DNA of 64,000 bases from Bacteroidales bacterium (GCA_020201035.1 JAIVHO010000002.1:77882-141881); one strand, 5' to 3'; positions 9,461-20,312 are shown, numbered from the stretch's first letter. Notes: generated by a model from the letters alone, not told the origin. Numbers and translations are program-made.

Positions 9461-10579
9461 ATGGAAAAAATAGTTGTTGCCGATATCGTATCTCTGCTGA
9501 ATGAGGTTATCCCATTCGCTTACCAGGAGGATTACGATAATTCCGGACTACAGGCAGGAGACCCTTCCGCCGGGGTGGATTCCGTGATTCTCTCAGTTGA
9601 TGTTACCGAAGAGGTGGTTGAGGAGGCAATAAATACCGGTGCCGGGATGATAATTTCACATCATCCGGTTATCTTCAGGGAGATAAAGAGCATTACCGGG
9701 AAAAATATGTCAGAGAGAGCACTTATCAGTGCCCTGAAAAATGATATTGCAATCTGTTCAGTCCATACAAACCTTGACCAGGCAGTCGGGGGTGTAAGCT
9801 ATCGGATGGCAGAAAAGATTGGCCTGAAAAATGTAAGTCCGCTGATTCCGCTGACCGGGAAACTGACAAAAATTGTTGTATTTGTACCTTCTGATCATGC
9901 TGAAAAGGTGAGGGATGCAATGTTCAGTGCCGGAGCCGGGTCAATAGGTAATTATGACAGATGCAGTTACTACTCATCCGGTACAGGAACCTTCAGGGCA
10001 GGTGATAATACCTCTCCGTGGGTTGGTAAGAGAGGAGACGATCACCATGAACCGGAGGTGAGGGTGGAAACCATAACGCCTCGTCATCTTACCGGAAGGG
10101 TAGTGTCCGCAATGAAGAGTGTACATCCTTATGACGAGGTCGCTTTTGATATCTATAATCTGGAAAATGAGATTCCCGATGCAGGGATGGGAGTGGTGGG
10201 AGAACTCTCTGATCCGCTCTCTGCAATGGAATTTACCGGTTTGCTTAAAAAGGTCTTTGACCTTGAAGCTCTCAGATACAGTGATTTCAGGGGAAGTGAG
10301 ATTGTCAGGGTGGCTATGTGCGGAGGAGCAGGTGGTTCGCTGGCCGGGAAAGCCAGGACAGCAGGAGCAGATGCCTTTGTGACAGCAGATGTCAGATACC
10401 ACTCGTTCTTCGATGGTGAAGGCAAAATGATGATAGCTGATATAGGTCACTATGAGAGCGAAAAGTGCTCATTAGAAATTTTATATGAAATAATTACAAA
10501 AAAATTCCCTAAATTTGCAGTCCGATTTTCAACAATAAATACAAATCCGGTAAACTATTTGCCAGCATGGAAAAAGTAA
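9461..10579 (+). CDS. Nif3-like dinuclear metal centre protein (GTP cyclohydrolase 1 type 2 homolog family)
   Basis: 372 aa. YQEDYDNSGLQ, ISHHP and VTADVRYH motifs; long form with an inserted domain. Confidence 0.88.
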   Translation: MEKIVVADIVSLLNEVIPFAYQEDYDNSGLQAGDPSAGVDSVILSVDVTEEVVEEAINTGAGMIISHHPVIFREIKSITGKNMSERALISALKNDIAICSVHTNLDQAVGGVSYRMAEKIGLKNVSPLIPLTGKLTKIVVFVPSDHAEKVRDAMFSAGAGSIGNYDRCSYYSSGTGTFRAGDNTSPWVGKRGDDHHEPEVRVETITPRHLTGRVVSAMKSVHPYDEVAFDIYNLENEIPDAGMGVVGELSDPLSAMEFTGLLKKVFDLEALRYSDFRGSEIVRVAMCGGAGGSLAGKARTAGADAFVTADVRYHSFFDGEGKMMIADIGHYESEKCSLEILYEIITKKFPKFAVRFSTINTNPVNYLPAWKK

Positions 10580-11331
10580 AAACTACTGAGAAGGAGATGA
10601 CTGTGGAAGAGAAGCTAAGGGCTCTCTACAGACTTCAGCTTGTCGATTCAGAGATAGATAATATTAAAACCCTGAGGGGAGAACTTCCGCTTGAGGTTCA
10701 GGACCTTGAGGATGATGTGGCAGGTCTGGAAACAAGAATTACCAAACTTAAGGAAGAGGTGGATGCTCTCCAGAATGCTGTTAATGCAAAAAACAACGAA
10801 ATAGTAGATTCTCTTGCTGCTATCAAGAAATATGAAGAGCAGCAGAATAATGTGAGGAATAACAGGGAGTATGATTCTCTCTCAAAGGAGATCGAATACC
10901 AAACACTGGAGATCGAACTCTGCAATAAGAAGATAAAGGAGTTTACTGTGCAAAAGGATGAGAAATCAGCAGCCGTTACTGACGCTGAAGCGGCTCTTGC
11001 TGAAATGCAGGCTGATCTCGATACCAAGAAATCAGAGCTCGATTCAATAATTGCTGATACCCGCAAGGATGAAGAGAGTCTCGTTTCCGAGTCTGAGAAT
11101 ATCAGGGACGTTGTTGAGGACAGACTCCTTTCAGCATACAGACGGATAAGACAGAATGCAAGAAACGGTTTGGCTGTTGTATCAGTTCAGCGTGATGCAT
11201 GCGGTGGTTGCTTTAACCAGATTCCTCCCCAGCGTCAGCTTGATATCAGGTCACGTAAGAAAATAATTGTTTGCGAATATTGCGGAAGAATACTGGTTGA
11301 TGATGAGATTATGGGAGGAGCAAAAGAGTAA
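10567..11331 (+). CDS. coiled-coil / C4 zinc-ribbon protein (COG1579-type), the usual neighbour of nif3
   Basis: 254 aa, long coiled coil, C-terminal CGGC...CEYCGR zinc ribbon. 13-nt overlap with nif3. Confidence 0.75.
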   Translation: MEKVKTTEKEMTVEEKLRALYRLQLVDSEIDNIKTLRGELPLEVQDLEDDVAGLETRITKLKEEVDALQNAVNAKNNEIVDSLAAIKKYEEQQNNVRNNREYDSLSKEIEYQTLEIELCNKKIKEFTVQKDEKSAAVTDAEAALAEMQADLDTKKSELDSIIADTRKDEESLVSESENIRDVVEDRLLSAYRRIRQNARNGLAVVSVQRDACGGCFNQIPPQRQLDIRSRKKIIVCEYCGRILVDDEIMGGAKE

Positions 11332-11367
11332 TCCACCGGTTGACATAATTACATCTTATGATTATTG

Positions 11368-11400
11368 AAGGGTGCTATTTGGCACCCTTTTCCTATTTTT
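11368..11400 (+). terminator. intrinsic terminator after the zinc-ribbon gene
   Basis: Hairpin aagggtgc-tatttg-gcaccctt followed by ttcctattttt. Confidence 0.5.
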
Positions 11401-11429
11401 GTAACAGAGACTGACCAAAAAACATTGAT

Positions 11430-13436
11430 ATGACTGCTGAAGAATTCAGAGATGAGATAACCAGAGGAATTCCGTCATACCTTCCGGATAAAAAAAAACG
11501 GGATCCTGATCTTAATCATGCCCCTGTCAGGAAAGATATACTGACTGTAACGGAGAAGAGACTGGCCCTTAAAAATGCTCTCCGCTATTTCCCTGCCGAA
11601 TGGCACCGGGAACTGGCCCGGGAGTTTGCAGAAGAGCTTAAAATATATGGCAGGATATATATGTACAGGTTTATGCCCGACTATGAAATCAGGGCAAGAC
11701 ATATTGATGATTATCCATCCCGTTCGGTACAGGCTGCCGCAATAATGCTGATGATATGCAATAACCTGGACAGGAATGTTGCCCAGCACCCTGAGGAGCT
11801 TATAACATATGGAGGAAACGGTGCTGTCTTTCAAAACTGGGCTCAGTACAGGCTTACTATGAAGTATCTCTCTGAGATGACAGACGAACAGACTCTGGTG
11901 ATCTATTCAGGTCATCCGGCCGGACTCTTTCCATCGCACCGCGAAGCCCCAAGGGTTGTGGTTACAAACGGCATGGTTATACCCAACTATTCAGGGCAGG
12001 ATCACTGGGAGAGATTCAATGCACTGGGTGTATCACAATACGGACAGATGACTGCAGGCTCATATATGTATATAGGTCCTCAGGGCATCGTCCACGGAAC
12101 CACCATAACAATTCTGAATGCCGCCCGCCGTCTTACGGTAAAGGATTCAGGTGAAGGAGTACGGTTGTTTGTTTCGAGCGGACTCGGAGGGATGTCGGGT
12201 GCTCAGCCAAAAGCTTCTTCCATCGCAGGGGTTATTTCAGTAGTTGCAGAAGTAAACAGTAAACCCCTGCAGACAAGGTATAGCCAGGGATGGGTGGATG
12301 AGGTGATTGATAATATGGATAAACTGATATCCCGGGTCAGGGAGGCAAAGATGAAAAAGGAAGTTGTTTCAATAGCTTACCATGGTAACATTGTTGAGGT
12401 GTGGGAACGGTTTGCTGATGAGGATATCTTTGTTGATATGGGCTCTGACCAGACATCCCTGCACAACCCGTGGGCAGGAGGCTACTATCCGGATTCCCTT
12501 ACTCTGGATGAGGCAAACAGCATGATGTCATCCGATCCGGAAAGATTCAGAAAAGAGGTTCAGGAATCACTCCGCAGGCAGGTGGCAGCTATCAAACGTC
12601 ATACTGACAGGGGAACCTATTTCTTTGATTATGGCAATGCATTCCTGCTTGAATCGTCGCGGGCAGGTGCTGATATAGTGAAAGATGACGGTACCTTTAT
12701 CTATCCCTCATATGTGCAGGATATTATGGGACCTCTCTGTTTTGATTACGGTTTCGGTCCGTTCAGATGGGTCTGTACCTCCAATGACCCGGAAGATCTT
12801 AAAACAACTGACAGGATTGCAGTAGAGGTGCTTTCATCAATAATGAAGGAGTCGCCAGAGGAGATCAGGCAGCAGATGGCTGACAATATCCACTGGATTG
12901 AACAGGCAGGTAAAAACAGGCTCGTTGTGGGCTCTCAGGCCAGAATACTTTATGCTGATGCCGAGGGAAGGATAGCAATTGCACGTGAATTTAATACTGC
13001 TGTTGCGGATCGACTGCTGAAAGCCCCGGTAGTGCTGGGACGTGACCACCATGATGTTTCGGGTACCGATTCCCCCTTCAGGGAGACATCCAATATTTAT
13101 GACGGATCATCCTTTACCGCCGATATGGCCGTACAGAATGTTATTGGCGACAGCTTCAGGGGAGCTACATGGGTCTCAATACATAATGGAGGCGGTGTGG
13201 GTTGGGGAGAGGTGATAAACGGAGGCTTCGGAATGGTGCTGGACGGATCACCGGAAGCAGAACGCAGGCTGCAGATGATGCTGCACTGGGATGTTAACAA
13301 CGGAATAGCAAGAAGATCATGGGCCCGTAACAAGGAAGCGATATTCGCTATCAGGAGGGAGATGGAAAGAACCCCGCTACTGAAGGTAACACTTCCGCAG
13401 ATAGCAGATGATGAGATAGTTAATTCCTGTTTCTGA
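11430..13436 (+). CDS. hutU: urocanate hydratase (long form)
   Basis: 668 aa. ELITYGGNG, GLGGMSGAQ, DQTS.HNP and GRDHHD motifs characteristic of urocanase. Confidence 0.93.
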   Translation: MTAEEFRDEITRGIPSYLPDKKKRDPDLNHAPVRKDILTVTEKRLALKNALRYFPAEWHRELAREFAEELKIYGRIYMYRFMPDYEIRARHIDDYPSRSVQAAAIMLMICNNLDRNVAQHPEELITYGGNGAVFQNWAQYRLTMKYLSEMTDEQTLVIYSGHPAGLFPSHREAPRVVVTNGMVIPNYSGQDHWERFNALGVSQYGQMTAGSYMYIGPQGIVHGTTITILNAARRLTVKDSGEGVRLFVSSGLGGMSGAQPKASSIAGVISVVAEVNSKPLQTRYSQGWVDEVIDNMDKLISRVREAKMKKEVVSIAYHGNIVEVWERFADEDIFVDMGSDQTSLHNPWAGGYYPDSLTLDEANSMMSSDPERFRKEVQESLRRQVAAIKRHTDRGTYFFDYGNAFLLESSRAGADIVKDDGTFIYPSYVQDIMGPLCFDYGFGPFRWVCTSNDPEDLKTTDRIAVEVLSSIMKESPEEIRQQMADNIHWIEQAGKNRLVVGSQARILYADAEGRIAIAREFNTAVADRLLKAPVVLGRDHHDVSGTDSPFRETSNIYDGSSFTADMAVQNVIGDSFRGATWVSIHNGGGVGWGEVINGGFGMVLDGSPEAERRLQMMLHWDVNNGIARRSWARNKEAIFAIRREMERTPLLKVTLPQIADDEIVNSCF

Positions 13437-13441
13437 CACGC

Positions 13442-13807
13442 TTAAAACTTACCGTTATTGAGCATAACCAGAAGGCAGTCATCCACTACCTCAATTCCAT
13501 TTGCCCTTGCTCTTTCGGCAAATTCAGGATTCCGGGTTCCTGGATTGAAAATAATTCTTTTGGGCCTGATCTTAAGCAGGTAATCATAAAATTCTTCCTG
13601 GAGCTTTGCGTTCATGTAGAGAGCTACGGTGTGAATCTCCCCGATATTATCGGGTTTGCCTGACATGATCTTTAATCCGTCAAGATCCGTATCCTTTCTT
13701 CCAATGGCTACAACGGGAATATCCCTTCTCTGAAGACTTCTGATTGCCTTGTAGGCAAACCTGTTTGGATTGGGACTGGCACCCAGTACAAGAGTTCTTT
13801 TATACAT
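13442..13807 (-). CDS. CoA-binding domain protein (YccU-like)
   Basis: 121 aa. TLVLGASPNPNRFAYKA N-terminus typical of the CoA_binding_2 family. Confidence 0.75.
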   Translation of the reverse strand: MYKRTLVLGASPNPNRFAYKAIRSLQRRDIPVVAIGRKDTDLDGLKIMSGKPDNIGEIHTVALYMNAKLQEEFYDYLLKIRPKRIIFNPGTRNPEFAERARANGIEVVDDCLLVMLNNGKF

Positions 13808-13851
13808 ATCAGGAAATTTTTTGATAAAAATAATAAAAGAACAGCGATATT

Positions 13852-14331
13852 TCAGACTGATCTGATAAGAACTGCAGCCTGGGCAGCAATTCCTTCTCCC
13901 CGGCCTGTGAAACCCATCTTTTCAGTTGTGGTTGCCTTGACACCTATCCGACTCTTTTCCAGTCCGGTAACAGCGGATAATGATTCCTTAATGGCATCTA
14001 TATGAGGAGCCAGCTTCGGCGTCTCGAGACATACCGTTGAGTCAATATTGACAAGGTGATAGCCCTTGAGCATAACCAGTTCAACGCATTTTGTCAGCAA
14101 TATCCTGCTGTCAATGCCCTTGTACCGAGGGTCGGTATTTGGAAAGTGAAAGCCTATATCTCCAAGGGCAGCAGCTCCGAGTATCGCATCGCATATGGCA
14201 TGAATAAGGACATCACCGTCAGAGTGAGCAACAGCCCCTTTGTCTGAACTTATGGGAACTCCTCCAATCCAGAGCTCGAGACCTTCCTCCAGCCTGTGAA
14301 AATCAATACCCTGTCCTGTCCTGATATCCAT
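13852..14331 (-). CDS. ispF: 2-C-methyl-D-erythritol 2,4-cyclodiphosphate synthase
   Basis: 159 aa. GQGIDFHRL, HSDGDVLIHA and LGDIGFHFP motifs. Confidence 0.95.
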   Translation of the reverse strand: MDIRTGQGIDFHRLEEGLELWIGGVPISSDKGAVAHSDGDVLIHAICDAILGAAALGDIGFHFPNTDPRYKGIDSRILLTKCVELVMLKGYHLVNIDSTVCLETPKLAPHIDAIKESLSAVTGLEKSRIGVKATTTEKMGFTGRGEGIAAQAAVLIRSV

Positions 14332-15503
14332 TAGCCAGCCCGTCTGATATTCCTTAATGCATCAAAATCAAATGACAGGGAGAACCTTAATGTGCGGGCA
14401 AGTGGATGGTTAACTGCTAGTGGCATAAGGTAGGCAAAGTCAAGTGAGAATACATTCAGCATAATCCCTGCACCGGCAGTGAAATACTTACGGTTTCCCT
14501 TACTGGCGTTCTCATGGAAATAGCCGCTCCTTATTGCAAACTGGTTGTTGTAAATATACTCTACTCCGGCTGACCACATAATCTCGTTCATCTCCTCCCT
14601 GAATCCTCCGGGGGCATCAGCAAAAGACTGGAATATTGCAATAGGGACAGCCACATTGGGATCCTTGCCCTCTATAATTTCGCCTGTAGCAATATCCCTC
14701 ACCGGCGGCGTGGGAACCAGAAGCTTGTTCAGATCAATGGATATCCCCAGCTTATTGTACCTGTCCATGGAGAGGTAATAGGATGTTCCAAGCTTCATAT
14801 TCATTGGAATAAAGTCGGGATCGCGGGAGTCGGTATAACTCATTTTAGATCCTATGTTTGAGATATTTGTTCCAAATGAGATATTGCCGTCCTGGTTAAA
14901 AAGTTCCAGTTCATTTACATAATAGAAGGAGATATCTGAAGCAAGTGAGAGGCCCGGTTTTGTCTCTGTAATACCATCATAATATCCCCCGGTAAGATTG
15001 GAGTAGATAAACCGGAAGGCAATACCGGCCGAGAGGTGTTCATTGAGCTTTCTGGAATAGGCTGCGTCAATACTGAATTCATTTGCCCTGAATACCAGCT
15101 GTTCATTACCAAAATTATCTGTAAAGGGAATATCTCCAAGATTTGAATAGAGGAGAGTGGCACTAATAACCTGCTTGTCGTCAAGTCTGTAATAACCCCC
15201 AAGATAAGCAAGATTGATGTCGGGTACCAGCGTTCTCAGCCATGGTGAATAAGAGATTCCTATTCCGCCCTCTCCGTCAATAAATGCATATTTGGCCGGA
15301 TTCCAGTGCATGCTGTAAATATCGGGAGTGGTGGCCGCTCCAACATCTCCCATTGCTCCGGCCCTGCTGTCAGGGGCTATGGTCAGGAAGGGAACCACCG
15401 TCTGTATTGCATTAAGCTCACCCTCCTGGGCTGACACCGGGGTAATAACCGGTACCATCAGAAGCATCGCTGAAATTATTGCTAATAACCTGTTTCTCAT
15501 CAT
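14331..15503 (-). CDS. porV: T9SS outer-membrane protein PorV (LptO)
   Basis: 390 aa. Signal peptide followed by VVPFLTIAPDSRAGAMGDVGAAT, the conserved PorV N-terminus. Beta-barrel-like alternating pattern. Lies next to porU. Confidence 0.85.
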   Translation of the reverse strand: MMRNRLLAIISAMLLMVPVITPVSAQEGELNAIQTVVPFLTIAPDSRAGAMGDVGAATTPDIYSMHWNPAKYAFIDGEGGIGISYSPWLRTLVPDINLAYLGGYYRLDDKQVISATLLYSNLGDIPFTDNFGNEQLVFRANEFSIDAAYSRKLNEHLSAGIAFRFIYSNLTGGYYDGITETKPGLSLASDISFYYVNELELFNQDGNISFGTNISNIGSKMSYTDSRDPDFIPMNMKLGTSYYLSMDRYNKLGISIDLNKLLVPTPPVRDIATGEIIEGKDPNVAVPIAIFQSFADAPGGFREEMNEIMWSAGVEYIYNNQFAIRSGYFHENASKGNRKYFTAGAGIMLNVFSLDFAYLMPLAVNHPLARTLRFSLSFDFDALRNIRRAG

Positions 15504-15781
15504 ATCTTCAGTTTATGGCACAAATATAAAACAAATTCACACTATGATTATTGTGTGATGCTTAAAATAACCTTTTGCCGAGACTCCGGATTCCCCGTAA
15601 ACGTATCGGTTAGCCCCTGAATCAACAGACCTTGATTCCTCAGTTTCAATTTAGCAACTCCGTATTCCCCAATTTCGGATCCCTCAACTCCGGATTCTCT
15701 GGTACCTGATCAGGTAGCCTCGGTTAAAGTCACCCCTGATTCAGTAATTCCCGCTTCAGGATTTCTCTATTGACAGCTTTC

Positions 15782-18700
15782 TTATTTCATAATCACCATT
15801 CTGCCGGACTTTACCTCAGTTTCACCATCAGGGGTGGATATAGTAACCCGGTATGGATATATGCCGGCAGCCACCGGCTGTTGGTCCGAACTCCTGCCAT
15901 CCCATATAACCGGACTGGTTCGGTATCCTGTAGAATACTCATTAACAACAATACTCCTGATATGTCTGCCTCCTGCTGAAAAGATATCTATCCTTACCTT
16001 TAATTCACTGCCCGGCCGGTTATGTTCTACGGTCACTGATGTTGAGCCTTTAAAAGGGTTGGGGAAGTTAATCAGATTGTCAAGTATAATACCATTATCA
16101 CTCCGTACAACAAAGGTGATATCTCCTGTTGCAGAGTTGTTGAAATTATCCCATGCCTTGAGCTTAATGGTATGGGTTCCTGGTGAAAGCCTGCTGAGCG
16201 GATATGCCAGACTTCCGGTGGTATAGCTCCCGGGATCATATTCAAAATAGCTGTTTAGTACCCTGGAGTCGGCAGTAGGATTCCCAAACCAGGCCATCAG
16301 ATCGTGACCAATCCCCACACCCGTGGTATTGATGCCTCCCGGATCACTTATTAGGGCAAGCAGTACCGGTGACTCCCCTGATATTCCCCCGTTACGGAAA
16401 AGGGTATCATTAAGGAAAAGTCTGATATAGGGACCTGTAGTATCTGAGATAGAGATGTTGCTGAATCCGCCGGTAAGGAGTGTTTCCATCCCTGCAAAAT
16501 CCCTTACCCCATCGGTGGCATAGAGGCTTATCCGGGCATCGCCGTAGCTGTAATCAATGTCCCTGGGAATCATGAAGGTAAGCATAAACCGGCCGTCCGT
16601 AACAGGAGCCTTTCCCTTAAACAGTATCCGGTCATCCAGAGTGTAGGGGAATGCCAGTCCGCCGTCATTTGCCTGGGTAACCGTCGGGTAACTTTTATCG
16701 TACAGGGTTATGTCGGCCATTCCCGTAAACCCCTGAACAGGATCTCCTTCATTTCCTTTCAGAGATCCTTCTATCTGTACTGTTGAGAGTGCATTCAGTG
16801 TATCAGTGAACTGTTCTGCTGCAATACCATTGACTGAATCAACCACTGCCACTCCGTTCCACGGGTAGGAGAGGGTAAGGGCCGGGTCACCAAGGAGGGT
16901 GAAGCTCCTCTTGTTGTCACCCGGGCCGGCATTGTTCTTTGCCAGCCTTACTATCTCACCAAGAGTAAGTGCCCTGCCGTCGGGTGAACGGGTAAAGAGA
17001 TGCCTGTAGATCTGGTTGTTAAGGGTGAAGTTGGGCGCGGAATAGACAATACGGGTTGTTGTAAGCAGGGCAACGGCGCCGCCCGACGGGTTGAGAAGTG
17101 CCATCTCACCGGCGGATATCTTGCGTGAAATTGCTCCGGTGGCAGGATCTGTTTCAATATCATCATATCTGCTGAATTCACAGGTGGCAGTGATAAACAG
17201 TGCGAGCCGTGTACTGTTGCTCCATGAGTTGATATCCTCAATCTTTACAACCCTCTCATGGGCCAGACCCAGTTCGTTTCCGTGTCCCAGGTAGTTGAAG
17301 ATCAGTGTTCCGCTGTTAATACGGTCGTTGATGGCCGCAGTTGCCGCCGGATAGGCATCACCGTTAATGGAGGTCTCCTGTGGATATGAGTCAAAGTAGA
17401 TCTTATTAATATTGAATGCCGGACCATAGTCAGAAATTACCCTGGCGAGGGCTTCGGCATCAGACATGTGGAGGTTGCCGTCTTCATCATCGGCAGCCAG
17501 TGTGATAATGTTACGCCATGAACCGGCAGCCTCAGGGGAATAATATCTTTTTATTTTGCTTACCAGCGCAACAGCTTCATCTGTTGAGGCTGCAGGAAGC
17601 CTTCCAATGCCGATATCAATTGCTCCTGCCGACTCCCCCTCACCTGGATCGAGGAGGCCGTAGTAGTCGTCAGAGGTGAAGGATAGTATATTTATATGTG
17701 AATTCTGAGTCTGGTATGTGGGTATGAAGGAGGGATTAACAGGGGGAGGAGAGGTGTTGTTATAGGATCCGTCACCAAAAAGCAGAAGATTCTTAAGCGG
17801 GGTTCCGTCATTAAGACCTCTGTTGCGTACCATCCTTACAAAATTGCGTATGGCAGATATATCCGGTATGCCCCCGCTGAATTCATTATATATCTGCTGA
17901 GGTGTTACAATAATAGTTGAGTAAGCATTCCTGTCGGCGTGAAGATTTGCAAGCTCCCCAGCCTGCTGAAGAAAAAGGGGATGGCTTACAATTATCATAT
18001 CGTGGCCCCCTGCTGAATGAAGATTCTGATTTGGAACAGGCCCCTCCGTTCTTACAGGTCTTACAGCATCTGTTAACCTGAAAAGGGCTATCCTCCTGAG
18101 GGTATCTGATGGTACAGTAACCGTGATGTTACCTGCACCGGATGTAATATTCTGGGCAACCGGCGACCGGCTGTCTGTTACATCCCACACAATAATATCT
18201 TCCGCTGATGTTATTATTGAAAAGGTGGTTGCGCCTGCCCCGTTAACGCTTCTGAAGTCAGATATCACTTTCTGTTTCCCGCTGTAGGAGTGCCGGATCC
18301 TGGAATGAATCTGCAGATAGTCAAGCCATCCCCTGGCGCTGTTATCCCCGTTATTGTGAAAGCTTACCGACAGGGATGATGCTGCGTCGGAAGCTGCTGT
18401 TTCACCTTCAGTTACCACCAGCCTGGCATAGGTTCCGGTGGTATTAAGAATATTTATCCCGTCTACTCCGGTTGAAGAGATCGTGCCTGAAGCTCCTGAT
18501 AACCTGAAAAGTGTTGGATTTGAGGATCTGGCAAGCACCCTGAGCCGGTACCTCATTCCTGTGCCAGGTTCATAAGAGGATCCGGCTGCCGGAGCCGAAA
18601 TAGTAATGGGCTGAAGAGACGATACGGGCTGGTACCATTCACGCCCCGATTTAAGAATATTCTGCTGTTCAATCTCGTGAATACTCAGTTGATCACCATA

Positions 18701-19189
18701 CAGGGAGGTGCTGCCGGGGGAGTATACCGAATCATCGTCAGGTATCTGTTTCGGATTGTTCCCTGCCCTGATAAAATATACTGCAGTATCGGAATAGATA
18801 TGCCTTTTAAAGCTGTAACTGCTGTCACCATCAAAAATCCACCGGTGCGTTCCCTCATTGTAGAAAATCAGGTAATCCCCCTGACCAAACTGGTTGTCAC
18901 TACCCGTATCAAGGTGAACAGGTATCTGTATCAGGTCATCAGGTGCTGTACCATCGTTATAGAATGAGAGCAGCCCATTATTGTTCCCATATAGCTCAGG
19001 ATAGCCGCTGCTGAAATCGAGTGAGCTGATATCCTGATAGTTAATCCTTACAGCTCCTTGCTCTGTTACAAACACCTTAAGCCATACTCCCTTAATCAGG
19101 AGACTCTCCTCTTTTGTCTCCTGAGCCACTGTTAACAGTGGGAGAGAAAGAAGCACAATAGCTTGTATGACTTTTAAACAGGGTATCAT
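15782..19189 (-). CDS. porU: T9SS C-terminal signal peptidase/sortase PorU (C25 peptidase family)
   Basis: 1135 aa. Gingipain-type domain (LLLFGDGSY, YFDSYP, YLGHGN). Own type-A T9SS CTD (NFPNPF...IYPYRV...) at the C-terminus. porU-porV-gldJ neighbourhood as in Flavobacterium. Confidence 0.85.
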   Translation of the reverse strand: MIPCLKVIQAIVLLSLPLLTVAQETKEESLLIKGVWLKVFVTEQGAVRINYQDISSLDFSSGYPELYGNNNGLLSFYNDGTAPDDLIQIPVHLDTGSDNQFGQGDYLIFYNEGTHRWIFDGDSSYSFKRHIYSDTAVYFIRAGNNPKQIPDDDSVYSPGSTSLYGDQLSIHEIEQQNILKSGREWYQPVSSLQPITISAPAAGSSYEPGTGMRYRLRVLARSSNPTLFRLSGASGTISSTGVDGINILNTTGTYARLVVTEGETAASDAASSLSVSFHNNGDNSARGWLDYLQIHSRIRHSYSGKQKVISDFRSVNGAGATTFSIITSAEDIIVWDVTDSRSPVAQNITSGAGNITVTVPSDTLRRIALFRLTDAVRPVRTEGPVPNQNLHSAGGHDMIIVSHPLFLQQAGELANLHADRNAYSTIIVTPQQIYNEFSGGIPDISAIRNFVRMVRNRGLNDGTPLKNLLLFGDGSYNNTSPPPVNPSFIPTYQTQNSHINILSFTSDDYYGLLDPGEGESAGAIDIGIGRLPAASTDEAVALVSKIKRYYSPEAAGSWRNIITLAADDEDGNLHMSDAEALARVISDYGPAFNINKIYFDSYPQETSINGDAYPAATAAINDRINSGTLIFNYLGHGNELGLAHERVVKIEDINSWSNSTRLALFITATCEFSRYDDIETDPATGAISRKISAGEMALLNPSGGAVALLTTTRIVYSAPNFTLNNQIYRHLFTRSPDGRALTLGEIVRLAKNNAGPGDNKRSFTLLGDPALTLSYPWNGVAVVDSVNGIAAEQFTDTLNALSTVQIEGSLKGNEGDPVQGFTGMADITLYDKSYPTVTQANDGGLAFPYTLDDRILFKGKAPVTDGRFMLTFMIPRDIDYSYGDARISLYATDGVRDFAGMETLLTGGFSNISISDTTGPYIRLFLNDTLFRNGGISGESPVLLALISDPGGINTTGVGIGHDLMAWFGNPTADSRVLNSYFEYDPGSYTTGSLAYPLSRLSPGTHTIKLKAWDNFNNSATGDITFVVRSDNGIILDNLINFPNPFKGSTSVTVEHNRPGSELKVRIDIFSAGGRHIRSIVVNEYSTGYRTSPVIWDGRSSDQQPVAAGIYPYRVTISTPDGETEVKSGRMVIMK

Positions 19190-19258
19190 CGTTTATGGTT
19201 ACTCCGGCTTCAAAGATAACTTAATAAGAAATATACTGCGTAATAACAATAATTAACG

Positions 19259-20293
19259 ATGATAAACTGTTTCTATTGCAGCTTTGTGGTAACAGTTGAG
19301 AGCATTATCTTTGAATCCGTGAAAGGTTCCTTTATAACACCGTATGTGCTACTGGCAGGGGTACTCCTGAGCTCTGGCGCCGACGCCCAGGAGGGTGGGG
19401 CCGGAACCTTTTTTACATCCCCCCTCTCCTCCAACCCCGCATATACCGGAACCTCAGGCAACAGCCTTGTTACACTCTCATACGCAGCCCTCTATCCCGG
19501 ATACAATATGGGAACGGCAACCATCTATGGCTCGTGGGATTCCTGGTTTGAATCCCTGCACGGAGGTGCCGGTCTTTATGTTCTGGAAAACAGGCTTGGT
19601 GATATACTGAACGATCTCAGGATAGGGGGCACATATGCCTATCATCTGCAGGCTGACCGTAACCTGTGGATCAATGCAGGCTTTACTGCTTCAATGATTC
19701 ACCGTTCCCTTAACAGCTCCGCCGTTATTCTGCCTGACCAGATAGACCCTCTGCTTGGCCCTGTTCTTCCTTCAGGGGAATCAGTAGAGGGCCGGTCACG
19801 AACACTTTTTGATGCCTCGGTGGGATTTCTTGTCAGATGGTACGATTTTACGGGCGGACTCAGTATCAGCCATATTGCAACACCTGATCTTACCGGCGAC
19901 GCGAAGAGCTTCTCCAGACTGCCACGGCGCTATAGCATACACGGATCATACATTTTTACTTTTCAGCGCAACAGGTATGGACTTGAACCTGTTTTTGCTG
20001 CGTCATACCAGGGTTCTGCCGGTTATCTGCTTGGTGGATTGGTAGGACGGTATGATGCTTTTTCAGTTAATCTGGCCTCACATTTCTCATTTCCTGAAGG
20101 ATTATCGGCATTTCAGGCCGGTGTGGCAGTTGAAGCGGGAGCAGTTGAAGTTGGATATAATCATTTGTTTACAGCAGGTAATCAGCGTGTTGCGACGCCC
20201 AAAACATTTTCTTCGGTAATAGTTCTGCGTTTTACGATTCCTGAAGGAGGGAAAAGTGCCCCTCAAAGGGCAATAAATTATCCCAAATTGTAG
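19259..20293 (+). CDS. PorP/SprF-family T9SS-associated outer-membrane protein (divergent member)
   Basis: PorP/SprF-like N-terminus (..AQE..FFTSPLSSNPAYTG..) and beta-barrel-like pattern. The true start may be the in-frame GTG at 19319 just before the signal peptide. Confidence 0.6.
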   Translation: MINCFYCSFVVTVESIIFESVKGSFITPYVLLAGVLLSSGADAQEGGAGTFFTSPLSSNPAYTGTSGNSLVTLSYAALYPGYNMGTATIYGSWDSWFESLHGGAGLYVLENRLGDILNDLRIGGTYAYHLQADRNLWINAGFTASMIHRSLNSSAVILPDQIDPLLGPVLPSGESVEGRSRTLFDASVGFLVRWYDFTGGLSISHIATPDLTGDAKSFSRLPRRYSIHGSYIFTFQRNRYGLEPVFAASYQGSAGYLLGGLVGRYDAFSVNLASHFSFPEGLSAFQAGVAVEAGAVEVGYNHLFTAGNQRVATPKTFSSVIVLRFTIPEGGKSAPQRAINYPKL

Positions 20294-20312
20294 TTATATT
20301 TGGGAATTGAAA

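Noticed and set aside
9974-10450. 158-aa and 90-aa ORFs antisense to nif3
   Set aside because: Shadow ORFs inside a well-supported CDS.
11430-13436. hutU without neighbouring hutH/hutI as a possible anomaly
   Set aside because: Hut genes are often scattered in this phylum. A single window cannot show their absence from the genome, so this was not pursued.
15504-15781. Degenerate actccg(g/t)attc(c/t)c motif three times in the porU-porV spacer
   Set aside because: Only about 12-14 nt are shared, spacing is irregular and the copies carry mismatches. This is too weak to distinguish from chance or compositional bias.
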